Positions 13,722 through 29,719 of a stretch of 64,000 nucleotides of DNA are shown piece after piece; the first letter of the stretch is position 1, and the number at the start of each line of letters is the position of its first letter. The notes under the pieces were generated by a model. The model searched no databases. It was not told where the DNA came from and saw only the letters and a program-made list of their open reading frames with translations. This DNA is from the human T2T-CHM13v2.0 reference genome, Homo sapiens. Location: the NCBI RefSeq assembly GCF_009914755.1, contig NC_060932.1; one strand, written 5' to 3'. The translations under genes were made by a program, and so were the position numbers.

Positions 13722-14355
13722 AAAAAATAAAAAGAGAACTACCATATGATCCAGCAATCCCACATTGGGGTATTAATTATAAAAGATTGAAAACAGGATT
13801 TTAAAGACATATTTACACTAATGTTTATTGCAGCACTCCATACTATAGCAAAGAGCTAGAGACAACCTAAATGTTCACTGACAGACAAATGGATAAGCAA
13901 AATGTAATATATATGTATATATATTTTATATGTTATATATATTATATATAATATATATAATATATGGAATGGATTATATGGAATATTACAATGGAATATT
14001 ATAAAGCCTTTAAAAGAAAGGACTTCTGCTATATGCAGAACATGATAAATTTGAGGATATTATGCTAAGTGAAAGAAGCCAGTGACAAAATGACAAATAA
14101 TGCATAATTCCACCTATATCAGGTTTCCGGAGTAGTCAAAATCATCCAAACCTAAAGTAGGGGTGTGGTTGCCAGGGTCTGCAGGAAGAGGGAAATGGGA
14201 AGTTGCTTTTCAATAGATATAGAATTTTAGCAATGCAAGATAAATGTTCTAGATATCTGTGGTACAACAATGTGCATATTCTGTTATGTTCTGCTATGCC
14301 CTTAAACATTTGTTAAGATGGTAGGTTTTATGTTATGCCTTTTACCATTTTAAAA
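13722..14355 (+). mobile_element. Old L1 (L1MB/late L1MA) 3' fragment with internal (TA)n
   Basis: gaactaccatatgatccagcaatcc...gaggatattatgctaagtgaaagaagccagtgac; (TA)-rich stretch 13907-13965. Confidence 0.85.
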
Positions 14356-15414
14356 GGAATAGCAGAATGCATTGAGACTGTGTCTGAAAAAATAAATATT
14401 TGCATGTTCTATCAAGAAAAAGAACAAAAACTACGCTAGGCATTCTAAATTCTGAATAAGGCCCACTGCAATTTCTGTTGGCTCTGTACTTTTAATGATA
14501 CCTTTCGGCTGTATTACCGTACACCTAGCAGTTAACTCCTAAAACGTGTGTTATCTGCTTCTAAGTCAGAAACAAACATATAAGCCATTAATTGGAATTA
14601 TAAAATGAAAATGTTTTCCCCTTTCCAATAAAGGACACATAACAATATTGGTAGTGCAAAGTGTTTTTGTTAAGTCGGTACCTATAATTCTGTGCCCAGT
14701 ATCCTCTTCTGCCACATTTCCCCAAAACACTCTCTGTATGTCAAGTGGTAAAATATAAATTACAAGTGGTAAAATATAAATTACATAAGCTGACCTTCAG
14801 TAATAGTCATTTTATGTGAAAACAAAAACATCGTTTCTGCCTTTTTTCCCCTTTCTTCATCTCATATTCTTTTCACTACAGATTTATATCAATAACATAA
14901 AGTAATACACTAAAAAGATTTCAGTCATGAGAACTAATTAAAAATTCCTCTATATGAATGCAACACTGTGTTCATTATTTTGCAGATTATATGAGATATG
15001 CCCTTCTTATTAATAGGGGTTATTTTTAACTTAATCACTATCCTTATAATCTCTTTTTCATATTTTGGAAGTTCAACTAGTAATATTTTGTTAATATAGT
15101 ATTTATATGCTATGGGTAAAACATGATATATTCTTATAGAGCATAAGATTCTAAATATAATTAATGTACATGTTTTAGAAAAACTAAAATACTTTTACTT
15201 TTACACTTCTATGATTCATCTAAACTTAGCAGCATGTATTCATGAAAGTTGCCATTCAAGAAGATGAAAACACTGACAGGTTACATAAAATAGATTAATA
15301 TTGTCTGGCCACTATTGTAACACAACCATTATCCCAACAGCTAGGAATCACTAAAAAACAAATATAAAAGAAAATTTAAAAATCAAGCCTTGACTGTCAG
15401 AAAAAAATTTAAAG

Positions 15415-15857
15415 TAGAGTGGCTAAGGAACGGAAAGAAAAGTACTGCCTGATTTCATTCATGTGACGTCTAAAGAAGTTGATTTCACTCATGCGACATC
15501 TAAAAAAATTGAGCTCATAGAGATAGAGATAGTATCATGATTAACCAGAGGCTGGGGATGAGGAGTTGGGGAGAAATTGGTCTAAGAATATAAAATTTCA
15601 GTTACTTAAGAGAAATGAGTTCAAGAAATCTATGATACAACATGGAGACTATAGTAAATATTTATGTATTGTACTTTGAAAATAGCTGAGAGTGTATTTT
15701 AAGTATTCTCACCACAAAATTTTATGTATGTGGGATAATGCATATGTTGATTACCTTGAATAATTCTATAATGTATACATATTTCAAAATATCATTTGTA
15801 CACAAAATATATATACAATTTTTATTTGTTAATTAAAAAGTAAAATTTAAAAAAAAG
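15415..15857 (+). mobile_element. L1MA-type 3' UTR fragment
   Basis: accagaggctgggg...aaaatttcagtt...tattctcaccacaaaa...tgtatacatatttcaaaatatca, with an A-rich tail. Confidence 0.85.
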
Positions 15858-15952
15858 TCAGGTATGTTTATATCCCAGCTTGCCAATTAAACCTGTTGTC
15901 TCTGAGTAATCATAGATAGCACTTCTTTCACTCTCAAAAGTATCTTCTTGAA

Positions 15953-16036
15953 GGTTCATCTTTCTGCCTTTGAAAAATTGGAATGTAATATACTGGTTCA
16001 TCTTTCTGCCTTTGAAAAACTGGAATGTAATATACT
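15953..16036 (+). repeat. Tandem duplication, 2 x 42 bp
   Basis: ggttcatctttctgcctttgaaaaa(t/c)tggaatgtaatatact occurs twice; 41/42 identical. Confidence 0.97.
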
Positions 16037-16646
16037 GAGCCAGTAAAACATTAAATAAAATGCTATTCCCTGCTGTATGAGTTAGACAAATTCTTAATGG
16101 TTTCTCTGAAACTGTGTTTCTTATTAAGGCTAGCATAATGTCTGACATCTACTAGAAATTATAATATTTAAACACGGAAACTTAATTTAAAAAATCCACA
16201 AGAACTGATATATCACAGCTAACCCATTAGTACTAAAGAGAGATACACCGAGAAACTATATCATACTTTAGCAAGATTTTCACCAAAATGATAACTCTAA
16301 ATTTTACAAGAACACCTTAGTTCATTAAAAATATTCAACAATTGCTTTTGATTGCCATATTTGATTGTTATGGGCTGATATTGGGAGTAAAGTTTCTTAG
16401 GGGATGCAAAGAATCTTTGGGGTCCTCAGCAAACCCTCCACAATATCACTAATGCTCTATATGCCAATAAGTGCTCATTCAAACTTCAATGTTACCATTA
16501 CATAAATTCTAACTTGCAAAAAAGATGAACAAGTAATAGGTATAGTAATGAAATGGCAGTTAATACATTAGATTATTTTTTAACCAGTTAAAAAAATTAA
16601 AAGTTCAAAATATGATTTAAAGAGGAAAACAAATTTTATCATTCTT

Positions 16647-16948
16647 TTTTTTAATTTATCATTTTTTCGAGACAGGGTCTCACCCTGTTATCCAGGTTGG
16701 AGTGCAGTGGTGCAATCTTGGCTCACTGCAACCTCCTCTTCTCGGGTTCAAGCAACTCTCCTGCCTCAGCCCCCTGAGTAGCTGGGACTACAGGCGCCTG
16801 CCACCACGCCCAGCTAACTTTTGTATTTTTAGTAGCGATGGGGTTTCACCATGTTAGCCAGGATGGTCTTGATCTCTTGACCTCGTGATCCACCAGTCTC
16901 AGCCTCCCAAAGTGCTAGGATTACAAGCGTGAGCCACCACGCCTGGCC
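16647..16948 (-). mobile_element. AluS (Sc-like), full length
   Basis: Antisense Alu with gatctcttgacctcgtgatcc (Sc/Y-type 2-nt deletion); TSD tcattctt on both sides. Confidence 0.95.
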
Positions 16949-16974
16949 TCATTCTTAAAACTACACAGAGGATC

Positions 16975-17130
16975 GATCAGTTTTAACAAATGTACCACTC
17001 AGGTGTAGGATGTTGTTGATAAAAGAGCCTAAGCATGTATTGGGGCAGGTGGTGGTCTAGAATTCTCTGTACTTTCTGTGTAATTTTGCTATAAACCTAA
17101 CATTTCTCTAAGAAAATTAATTTTTAATAG
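16975..17130 (+). mobile_element. L1MC/MD-type 3' end fragment
   Basis: taacaaatgtaccactc...ggatgttg...ctctgtactttctgtgtaattttgctataaacctaa. Confidence 0.75.
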
Positions 17131-17179
17131 AATTTAATAACAAAAACAAAACAATAAACCCCCATATATACATAGGAAT

Positions 17180-17350
17180 AGTAGCTCTCAATCTTTATGT
17201 GCACCAGAATCACCTGGAGGCTGCTTAAAATAGGCTGTTGGGCCTATCCCTAGTCTCTCCCATTTGGTTTGGATGAGGCACAATGATTGCGTTCATAAAA
17301 AGTTCCCAGGTGGTACCAATTCTGCTGGTCCTCAGAGCACGCTCAGAATG
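17180..17350. mobile_element. MER5A-like hAT-Charlie MITE
   Basis: ctctcaatctttatgtgcaccagaatcacctggagg...aagttcccaggtggtaccaattctgctggtcc. Confidence 0.75.
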
Positions 17351-18224
17351 AAAATGTTTCATCTCCAACAAGCAAAAAATAATGCATGCAAAAAGCATTT
17401 CTGTGTAAGTAACTGCTAATTTTGAAAGACTGGTTAGCTAAACATGAAAGATTATAGGATACCAACCAGGTAAAGACCTTTTCCAGGAATTCTACTTAAA
17501 ATTATTTTCTGAACCATGATTGGTCTCATTCTTTTAACTGAAACGGCTAGCTCTTCTCCAAGTTAGGTTTATAAATGCTGGCTGAAACATAACATAGTTT
17601 TTAAAAAAAAAAATAAGGTGTTTTTCTATTTAATATTTATCAAGAATGAATCAGTAAATAGATAATATAATAAACAATCTCATATTAATAGTTTTTCCAA
17701 ACAATGATTTACTATCCTAAATGATATGTACAATAATTGTAATTTTAGTAAAGTAGTGTAGAATTCAAAGCTTTTGTCAATAAATTATGATTGAGGAAAT
17801 GTATACCCAATATTTCAGGGTCATAAAATGTAATTAAGTATTTTATCAACATCATTGAATTAAAAGAAAAAAGTATTTTACTGACATTTGAAAAGACTAA
17901 AAGTAGCAATTACATAGATGCATTGTGTTGTACAGATAGATTATTATTACACAATTTTATCATGTTAATGCCACTTAGACTTCTCTCAAGAGTCAAGAGA
18001 AAGTAATGAGAATATAGGCTGACACAATTATTTATCATTAGCATGATTATTAACATCATTCATTACTACATTTATCATTTCTAGATAAAGCTTGAACTCA
18101 GACATTCTACAACTTATTAGGAACATTTTTCAATATTTTAGATTTTCTGTCTTACATGTTGATTCAAACTCATATAATTATTTAAATACCTAAGCATAGA
18201 TATTTTAGACTGATTAGGAACATT

Positions 18225-18385
18225 AGAGTGATTAGGAATGATCTAACAATTTTAGGTCACAAATAAACAGAGGCACAGAGAAGTTTTGGTGGTTCTTCCA
18301 ATTTGTTATCGTCAGTGGCAGAACCCAGAATCAGAACTTACACCTTAGCACTTTGCTCAGTGATCTTGCCTTAGTACCTTTCTGC
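18225..18385 (-). mobile_element. MIR remnant
   Basis: aaacagaggcacagagaag...gtcagtggcagaacccagaatcagaac resembles the antisense MIR core. Confidence 0.5.
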
Positions 18386-19149
18386 CTCTCTGCCTTTACA
18401 ACCTGATGAGGCAAATGAAAAGAATAGTGGCATGTATCATAACAGACACCGGAAAACTAACTAATGAGAACCAGCTTGTGAATGCTTCTCCACCTGAAAT
18501 TCCCCTCAGGCAGCTAAGGTTAACAAAATACCTTCTGCTGAGAGTAAAAAGACAGAGAATTATTCTCTAGGACAAGGGCAAGGTGTTTCCAGGAAAGGCC
18601 ATAGATCTGGAATTTCTCGTTCATTTATGAACTAATGGAGCATGATTTCATCAGTTTTCAGGATGTTGTCAAAAACATTTAACTGACTTTTGTGTAAATT
18701 TAGACTTGCCACCTATTCACAGTCTTTCAGAATTGTATTTTCATTCCCAAATATTGTTTACCTGTTAGATTTAATGATGTTTTGGATTTTAAAAGATAAA
18801 AATTTAAATAGGAAAAGGAAATTTGAAAGGATAGTTGGTAAGGATTTGAAATAGTATTAGAGATTCAGGAAACTGCATTTTACAATGTAGCTCTTTTCTA
18901 TGTTACAAGAAGCGGTGTCTGTTGTACTCTGTGTGGAAGTTAGACTGCTGTGTGCACAAAATATCTGCCGAGTCAGAAAATTCATTTTCCTGACCAGAAA
19001 AATCTGTTCAAATCCATTGATACCAAAGAGAAAGTAAATATTCAAAAATGAAGAGAACACAGGCTGGGTCAGAAAGAAAGATTCAAATTCTTGACATTTC
19101 ACTTTGTGAGACTGGGCAACAGCACAGAGCACGATGAGGGCCCCAGGAC

Positions 19150-19528
19150 TCATTATTTATCTATTCAGGTTTTCTATTTCTTCATAATTCAATTGTTGTA
19201 GGTTGCATGTGTCCAGGAATTGATTCATTTTTTCTTAAGTTTTGTAATTTCTTGGCACATCGTTGTTCATAATATTATCTAATGGTTCTTTGTGTTTCTG
19301 TAGTTTCAGTTGTAATGTCTTCTTTTTCATCTCGGATTTTATTAATTTGCATCTTCTCTCTCTCTATAGTTAGCCTGGCTAAAGTTTTGTCAACTTTATT
19401 TATTTTTTTTTCAGAAAAACAAGTCTTCATTTCATCAATCTTTTGTGCTTTTTAGTCTTGATTTTATTTATTTATGATTTGATTTTTCTTATTTATCTTT
19501 TCCTACTAATCTTGGATTTAGCTTGTTC
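19150..19528 (-). mobile_element. Old L1M ORF2 internal fragment
   Basis: ttcaggtttctatttcttcataattcaat...gtgtccaggaatt...tcagttgtaatgtcttctttttcatctc, antisense L1 ORF2. Confidence 0.85.
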
Positions 19529-20880
<1,352 letters not shown>

Positions 20881-21615
20881 AGAATGTCTTTTATATATTT
20901 TAATCATGAGCAGAAGAAATCTTAGGGAAAAAAGAATATTTGTTAATTTTTAAAGGTGCTATGTGAGAAAATGTGCTGTTTGTGTAGATACATATCTTAT
21001 ACTGAAATGTCAGGGCAAGAAATCTAGAGGGAAAATAATGCAATAAATAGTGTAAATCTATAGACAACCTGAGATATGGTCATACTAAGAAATTTTTTTT
21101 TCAAAATAAAAATAATAAAAGAGTATTCAAGGTACATAGAGGCTAAGTAATGTTTTCTTGAAAATCCATATAAGAACAAGAATACTAGAATTTTCACAGC
21201 TAAATTTAAAGAACCTGAAAAATGTATGTAAAATATTTTAATCACCTTAATACTTGTTATTGCTTCACAAATCAAAGAGTTAGGACAGCAAATATTAAAT
21301 AATATTTTTTATGAACAAGTTGCAGAAGAAGATCTCTCTAAAAAAAAGTAAATGATTGATAACTCACATTTCCAATCTATACAATTTATATATGGATCTT
21401 TTTTTTCTCTGAAATGACTCAAATATTCATGAAAACAGTGGGCAAACAAATATACACAATTAAGAGGATATTCTTATTTTCTAATCTAGATGCAACTTTG
21501 GGGAATATTGATGTAGCTTGGAATATCAAATTAGACTTAAGATGAGCACTCAAACTCTAAATCTAAATGTCTGAATTTTTGTACTAGTTTGGCAGCTTTT
21601 AAATCTATGAGCCTT

Positions 21616-24025
<2,410 letters not shown>

Positions 24026-24384
24026 GCATAATCCTTTTGGTACCTACTTTCCTTATATATTAAATGAGGAGACTAAATAAAATAATTTCCTCAGAGGAGT
24101 TTACAAGTCTTCTGCTGTTAGAAGTCTACCTGGCTAAGTCTTATAATGTTTAGGAGATTAATCATCAAGGAGATTTCCTATCATGCATTACTGCTTCATA
24201 TATATTCTAGCTCCAAATATGTGAAAATGTGGGAAGAAAATGGGATGATAGGATTATAAAGTCACAGGTTTGGAGTAGCTCTCATTGAGATAATACAGAA
24301 AGAGGTAAAAAGCAAAAACATATCACACATAGCCCAATTCAATGCCGGTTGCTCTGAAAATGAATATTCACTATCCTCAGACAA

Positions 24385-24575
24385 CATAAATCAGCCCTCC
24401 TCTGGTATACCCTGAAATTTAGTATACTGCACTTTACTCAGTCCCCTGCATGAAAGTCTCCTCCATTAGACTGCATACTCCTCTAAATAAGAAACCACTA
24501 GTCTGTATTTTCACAGCATCTAGCAAAATGTCTAACACCCTATAAGCCAGCAGTAGTGTTTTCAATTCTATTGAG
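24385..24575 (+). mobile_element. L2 3' remnant
   Basis: ctccattagactgcatactcctct...cacagcatctagcaaaatgtctaacac. Confidence 0.5.
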
Positions 24576-27166
24576 AATTTAAATTTAAATGAACCTAGTG
24601 TACAATGGAAAACTTTTAAAAAGTCTTTCTCAGACCCACTGTCCCCATATATAAAGCTACACGGAAAAAATTAGGAAAAGCCTAACATGACAATATTTAG
24701 ATAATTAATGAGCTGCTTTTTTAAATTTAGTGAAGCAAGTATTTTGTACAATGACTGTCACTGCAGATATTCTAATATGATATGTATATATATTGCATAA
24801 CTCATTTTGTTTTACATATATGTAAAATTTTCTAAATCTATGTAAATCTAGAAAAACTTTAAAACTATTATTGAGCTAAATTATATTTTTATACTCTGAT
24901 TTATTAAAATAAAAACTCATCTAATTCCTCTAATAACTTGCACATTTTATTTACTTTAGAACATTTTAGTTTAATATATATTGTAAAGCAAAATAGAGCT
25001 CATTTCCTAAGAATATGTATGATTTGACAGTATTTATGTTTTGGTTAAAGTTTGTGCTGACAAAATGTAAAATAGACAATAAAGGTATATTTTAGGATAA
25101 CACGGTAAGATGCTACAAAACAACTTCATAAATTAGATCCACATGCCTAAATTTAACATATAAAAGCTTTATTTTGAAGTAAAAATATAAAAAAATTTTA
25201 CTGGCAAGGTACTACCTTATTTTATGTCAATATTTCCCACTATGTAAGTACATATAGATTAGTAAATACAAGGGCCTCTTTTTAATAAAAATTATAATAA
25301 TAACAATAATTTTTATTGGAGTAGCAACAATTTAATAATTGTCAAACATTATCTTCCTTTGGGCAGTATGAATGTATCTATCTATAGATATGGATATAGA
25401 TATAATAAACCTTAAAAAGAAATCACCACAAAGACTGAGGATTTTTGTTTTTTTAAACTTTTATAGATCAATAGTGGTTCAATCTAATGGTGTACATAAG
25501 AAGATATAAAATTTACTTTAAAAACTCAGTTTTATATTTTATAATTTGTATTTCTCATTGGGTCACTTTTTAAAAAATATAAAACATGTGAAAGGAGTAT
25601 TGCTATTATTTTTTAAGACTTTTTCTAAGAACTACTTTGCTTAATTAAGGTAATAGAATTTTGAAATATTTTTAGAAGATTTTTTAGAAGATACTACTCT
25701 TGGAAATATTATTATTAAAATATCAAATAAAATCTATACAGGTCATTACTTGAGAAACAGAAAAGTCTACATTTGTGAAGGATTTTAAAAAGTAATTACA
25801 CAACTGATGTATTATTTCTAATTTTTCTTGCAGGAACAAGCTCTGAAGTCTTGATCCAAAACAGACAAGGCTTTAATATGAAAGCATTTTTCTTTGAAGA
25901 AGTTCACCCTGAAGCCTTGGCCCAATGATCTCAGAAGATGAGAGAGAATGGCAAACCAAAAAGTAAGATAGATAAGTGAGGCAAGACCAAAAAGTCATTT
26001 AAAGGTCAAAAGAAGAAGATAAATTCAGTTACATTATTCTTTGAAAAGTGGCTTCCGCTCATGCATAAATGCCAACATTTGAAAGTCATTATCAAGAATA
26101 TCAAAGGAGAAAATGTTCTTCTTTGTATCTTTCAATTTACTGAACAAGAAGTTTCTTTGCTATAGAATGCTAAAACAAGAAAGTATGCAACTGAAAATTT
26201 TTAGGTTATCCCTCGGTAACATTTGATAACCTGTCATATTCATGACAAATACATTCTTTAGTGGTAGCTTGGGCACATTTGTTTTGGCTTTGGATGGGAA
26301 ATAGTACCATAAACAATACTCAATATCTCTGTGCCATTCAGCCAGATATGGCAAACCCAGTATTTATTAAGGGCTGCCTCCTGCTTCTCTAGGTTTTTCT
26401 AGACCAGAGGTGGAACCTGATAGAGCCTTTTTCATATGCCCACAGAAGTAGCTCTAGTTTAAGGGTAGACAGTGGTAATCCAAATTCCTGAATTCAGCCC
26501 ATGTCCAACTTGAGTGAGAATCACTCTTATTTGGGGTGTCAACACCATTCTGGTGCCCCAGTCTTGCAGTTCTGGGTGAAATCATGAAGGGAATCATGTC
26601 AGCCAGTGGTGGTGATGGTAATGTTGCATGTGGGGTCTGTGGGCAGGGTTGGTACAGTATTAGAGAACCTCCTGCAGAGGAGATCAAAATCAGCTCCTTA
26701 CAGGTGTCTATCCAGGTTTGAGGTGCCCTGCCTACATGGCACTGCAAGCTCTAGTTTTTGAATAATAACAAATAAAGTGGATTTAACTGTGGTTAATTTA
26801 AATAGGATATTGGATTTTTGTTCCTAATCACGAACTTGGCTAGCTCATAATTTAATATTTACTTGATGTCTAATTAGGCAAGTGTCTTGTTAACTGTTAA
26901 ATTAAAGTTAGAAATGGAATATATTTGAATAGTCCCCTTTGTTATAAGGATGATATCTTATTCAGATCACTCAATTTCTCTTCATTCTTGAAGAACTTAT
27001 TACCTATTTTTATTAATTATTTTCAATGAGCATTTTTTAAGAAAAAATTAGCTGTACAAATTTTAGACCAACAAAAATATTGTACTCAACCCATTTCTGC
27101 TAAGGTTAACACTTTACAAAGCCTAACAATTGTATCAATATCAGAATATTAACATCAATGTATTTT

Positions 27167-28364
27167 TAAAATTTTTTAATTAGTTTTTTTAAATTATACT
27201 TCAAGTTCTGGGTTACATGTGCAGAACGTGCAATTTTGTTACGTAGGTATACACGTGCCATAGTGGTTTGCTGCATCCATCAGCCCGTCATCTACATTAG
27301 GTATTTCTCCTAATGTTATCTCTCCCCTAGCGCCCCACCCCCTGACAGGCCCTGGTGTGTGATGTTCCCCTCCCTGTGTCCATGTGTTCTCATTGTTCAG
27401 CGCCCACTTATGAGTGAGAATATGCGGTGTTTGGTTTTCTGATTTTGTGATAGTTTGCTAAGAATTATGGTTTCCAGCTTCATCCATGTCCCTGCGAAAG
27501 ACATGAACTCATCCTGTTTTATGGCTGCATAGTATTCCATGGTGTATATGTGCCACATTTTCTTAATGCAGTGTATCATTGATGGACATTTGAGTTGGCT
27601 CCAAGTCTTTGTTATTGTGAACAGTTGCCACAGTAGACGTACGTGTGCATTTGTCTTTATTGTAGAATGAGTTATAATCCTTTGGGTATATACCCAGTAA
27701 TGGGATTGCAGGGTCAAATGGTATTTCTAGGTCTAGATCCTTGAGGAATCGAAACACTGTCTTCCACCATGGTTGAACTAATTTACATTCCCACCAACAG
27801 TGTAAAAGCATTCGTATTTTCCCACATTCTCTCCAGCATCTGTTGTTTCCTGACTTTTTAATGATTGCCAGTCTAACTGGCGTGAGACGGTATCTCATTG
27901 TGGTTTTGATTTGCATTTCTCTAATGACGAGTGATGATGAGCATTTTTTCATATGTCTGTTGGCTGCATAAATGTCTTCTTTTGAGAAGTGTCTGTTCAT
28001 ATCCTTAAATCAACTCAAGATGGATCAAAGACTTAAACGTAAGACCTAGGACCATAAAAATCCTAGAAGAAAACCTGGGCAGTACTATTCAGGACATAGG
28101 CATGGGCAAAGACTTCATGTCTAAAACACCAAAAACAATGGGAACAAAGGCCAAAATTGACAAATGGAATCTAATTAAACTAAGGAGCTTCTATTCAGCA
28201 AAATAAACTATCATCAGAGTGAACAGGAAGCCTACAGAATGGGAGAAAATTTTTGCAATCTACCCATCTTACAAAGGTCGAATATCCAGAACCCACAAAG
28301 AACTTTAACAAATTTACAAGAAAAAAACAAACAACCCCATCAAAAAATGGGCAAAGGATATGAA
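27167..28364 (-). mobile_element. L1PA7-like LINE-1 with twin-priming inversion (- strand 27167-28007, + strand 28008-28364)
   Basis: L1PA7-type 3' UTR (ggtttgctgcatccatcagcccgtcatctacattagg). Strand switch at atatcctt|aaatcaactcaagatgg. Degraded TSD aacatcaatgtatttt (27151-27166) / aatattaatgtaattt (28363-28378). Confidence 0.95.
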
Positions 28365-28798
28365 TATTAATGTAATTTATTAATTGAACTACAGACTTAC
28401 TAAAATTTTACTAGTTTTTTTATTAATGTCCTTTTTCTGTTCCAGGATTCTGTCAGTGGTTCGATGTTGCATTTTGTTTTTGTGTCTTTCAAGTCTCTTT
28501 CAATCTGTATCCATTTCTTGGTCTTTCCTTGCTTTTCTTCACCTTGACAATTTTGACACACTTAGACTAATGATTACTATACTTGTTGCCATAATGCCCA
28601 TCAGCTTGAGTTTGTCTGATGTTCCTTATAATTGGAATGAATTTATGCATTTTTGCAAGAATAGCACAGAAATAATGTTATGTTCTCAATGCATAATATC
28701 AAGGACTTTATGATATCACTATGTCTCATAAACAGGGATGTTTACCTTGATCACTTGCTTAAGGCGATTTTTGATAGGTTTTTCCAATATAAAGTTAC

Positions 28799-29196
28799 TT
28801 TTTAGTCTACTTGCATTGCTATAAAGGAATACCTAAGACTGGGTAATTTATAAAGACAAGAGGGTTACTTTGGCTCACAGTTCTGCAGGTTGTACAGGAA
28901 GCACAAACCGATATCTGCTCCTGGTGAAGTCCTCAGGAAGCTTTCATTCATGGTGGAAGGTGAAAGGAGAGCCATTGTGTTACCTGACAAGAGAAAGGCA
29001 GAGGGGTCCCACTCTTAGACACCAGATCTCACATGAATTCAGAATGAGAACTCATTCATTACTGTGAGGAGGGCACCAGGACATTTATGAGGGATCTGCC
29101 CCCATGACCCAAACATCTCCCACCAGGCCCTAACTCCAATATTGGGGATCACATTTTAACATGAAATTTGGAGGTAAAAACATTCAAACTATATCA
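28799..29196 (-). mobile_element. MST (MSTA/B-like) MaLR solo LTR
   Basis: gcattgctataaaggaatacctaagactgggtaatttataaag...aacattcaaactatatca; 5-bp TSD gttac/gttat. Confidence 0.9.
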
Positions 29197-29365
29197 GTTA
29201 TTATCTTTTCCTGTGGAGTTAATAAATATATTGGGAGAAATACTTTGAGGATATGTAAATCCTGATTCTCCTCATACTTTCACACACTAGTTTTATAATC
29301 CATTATCTGCAACTAGGTAAACATTCTTTGCTCTCTTTCTTTTTTAACTCCTAGGAAGCTATACA

Positions 29366-29409
29366 TTAGGTTGGAGCAAAAGTAATTGTCGTTTTTGCAA
29401 TTACTTTTA
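29366..29409. mobile_element. Half MADE1 (Hsmar1-derived mariner MITE)
   Basis: ttaggttggagcaaaagtaattgtcgtttttgcaattactttta matches the MADE1 TIR ttaggttggtgcaaaagtaattgcggtttttgccattactttta. Confidence 0.85.
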
Positions 29410-29719
29410 GTTTTGCTCTAGTGGTTGCTTTTGGACTTATATCTTCACTAACACCATTAATGCTAAGTTTTATTATTTGGCTATTTCATATCTTCTGAAT
29501 AACTTACTGCCTTGGTAACAATTATCTTTGTCTGTTTATGCTTTCCTCTCATCTAGTGTTTTATCTGCATTATTACTACTTTGTCAGAATATATGACATT
29601 AATCATCCACCTTCATCTTTACCTTTGTTTTAATTGTATATGTATATTTACATGTTTTATAATGCTCACCATCAGTCTTCAGCAAAAGTTTTCTCCATCA
29701 TCAACTGGATGCCATTATC

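Larger units (their letters stand above)
27040..29330 (-). mobile_element. Old L1 (L1MC/ME-type) 3' UTR, interrupted by the L1PA7 and MST insertions
   Basis: Continuous old-L1 3' UTR across both insertions (ttaatgtcctttttctgttccaggat; ccttgatcacttgcttaagg; gggagaaatactttgagg). Confidence 0.7.

Noticed and set aside
20881-21615. Past inversion of the spacer between the two inverted L1PAs
   Set aside because: Swapping the flanks does not restore TSDs, and the MIR-like sequence appears collinear across the + strand L1. Not supported, though not excluded without orthologues.
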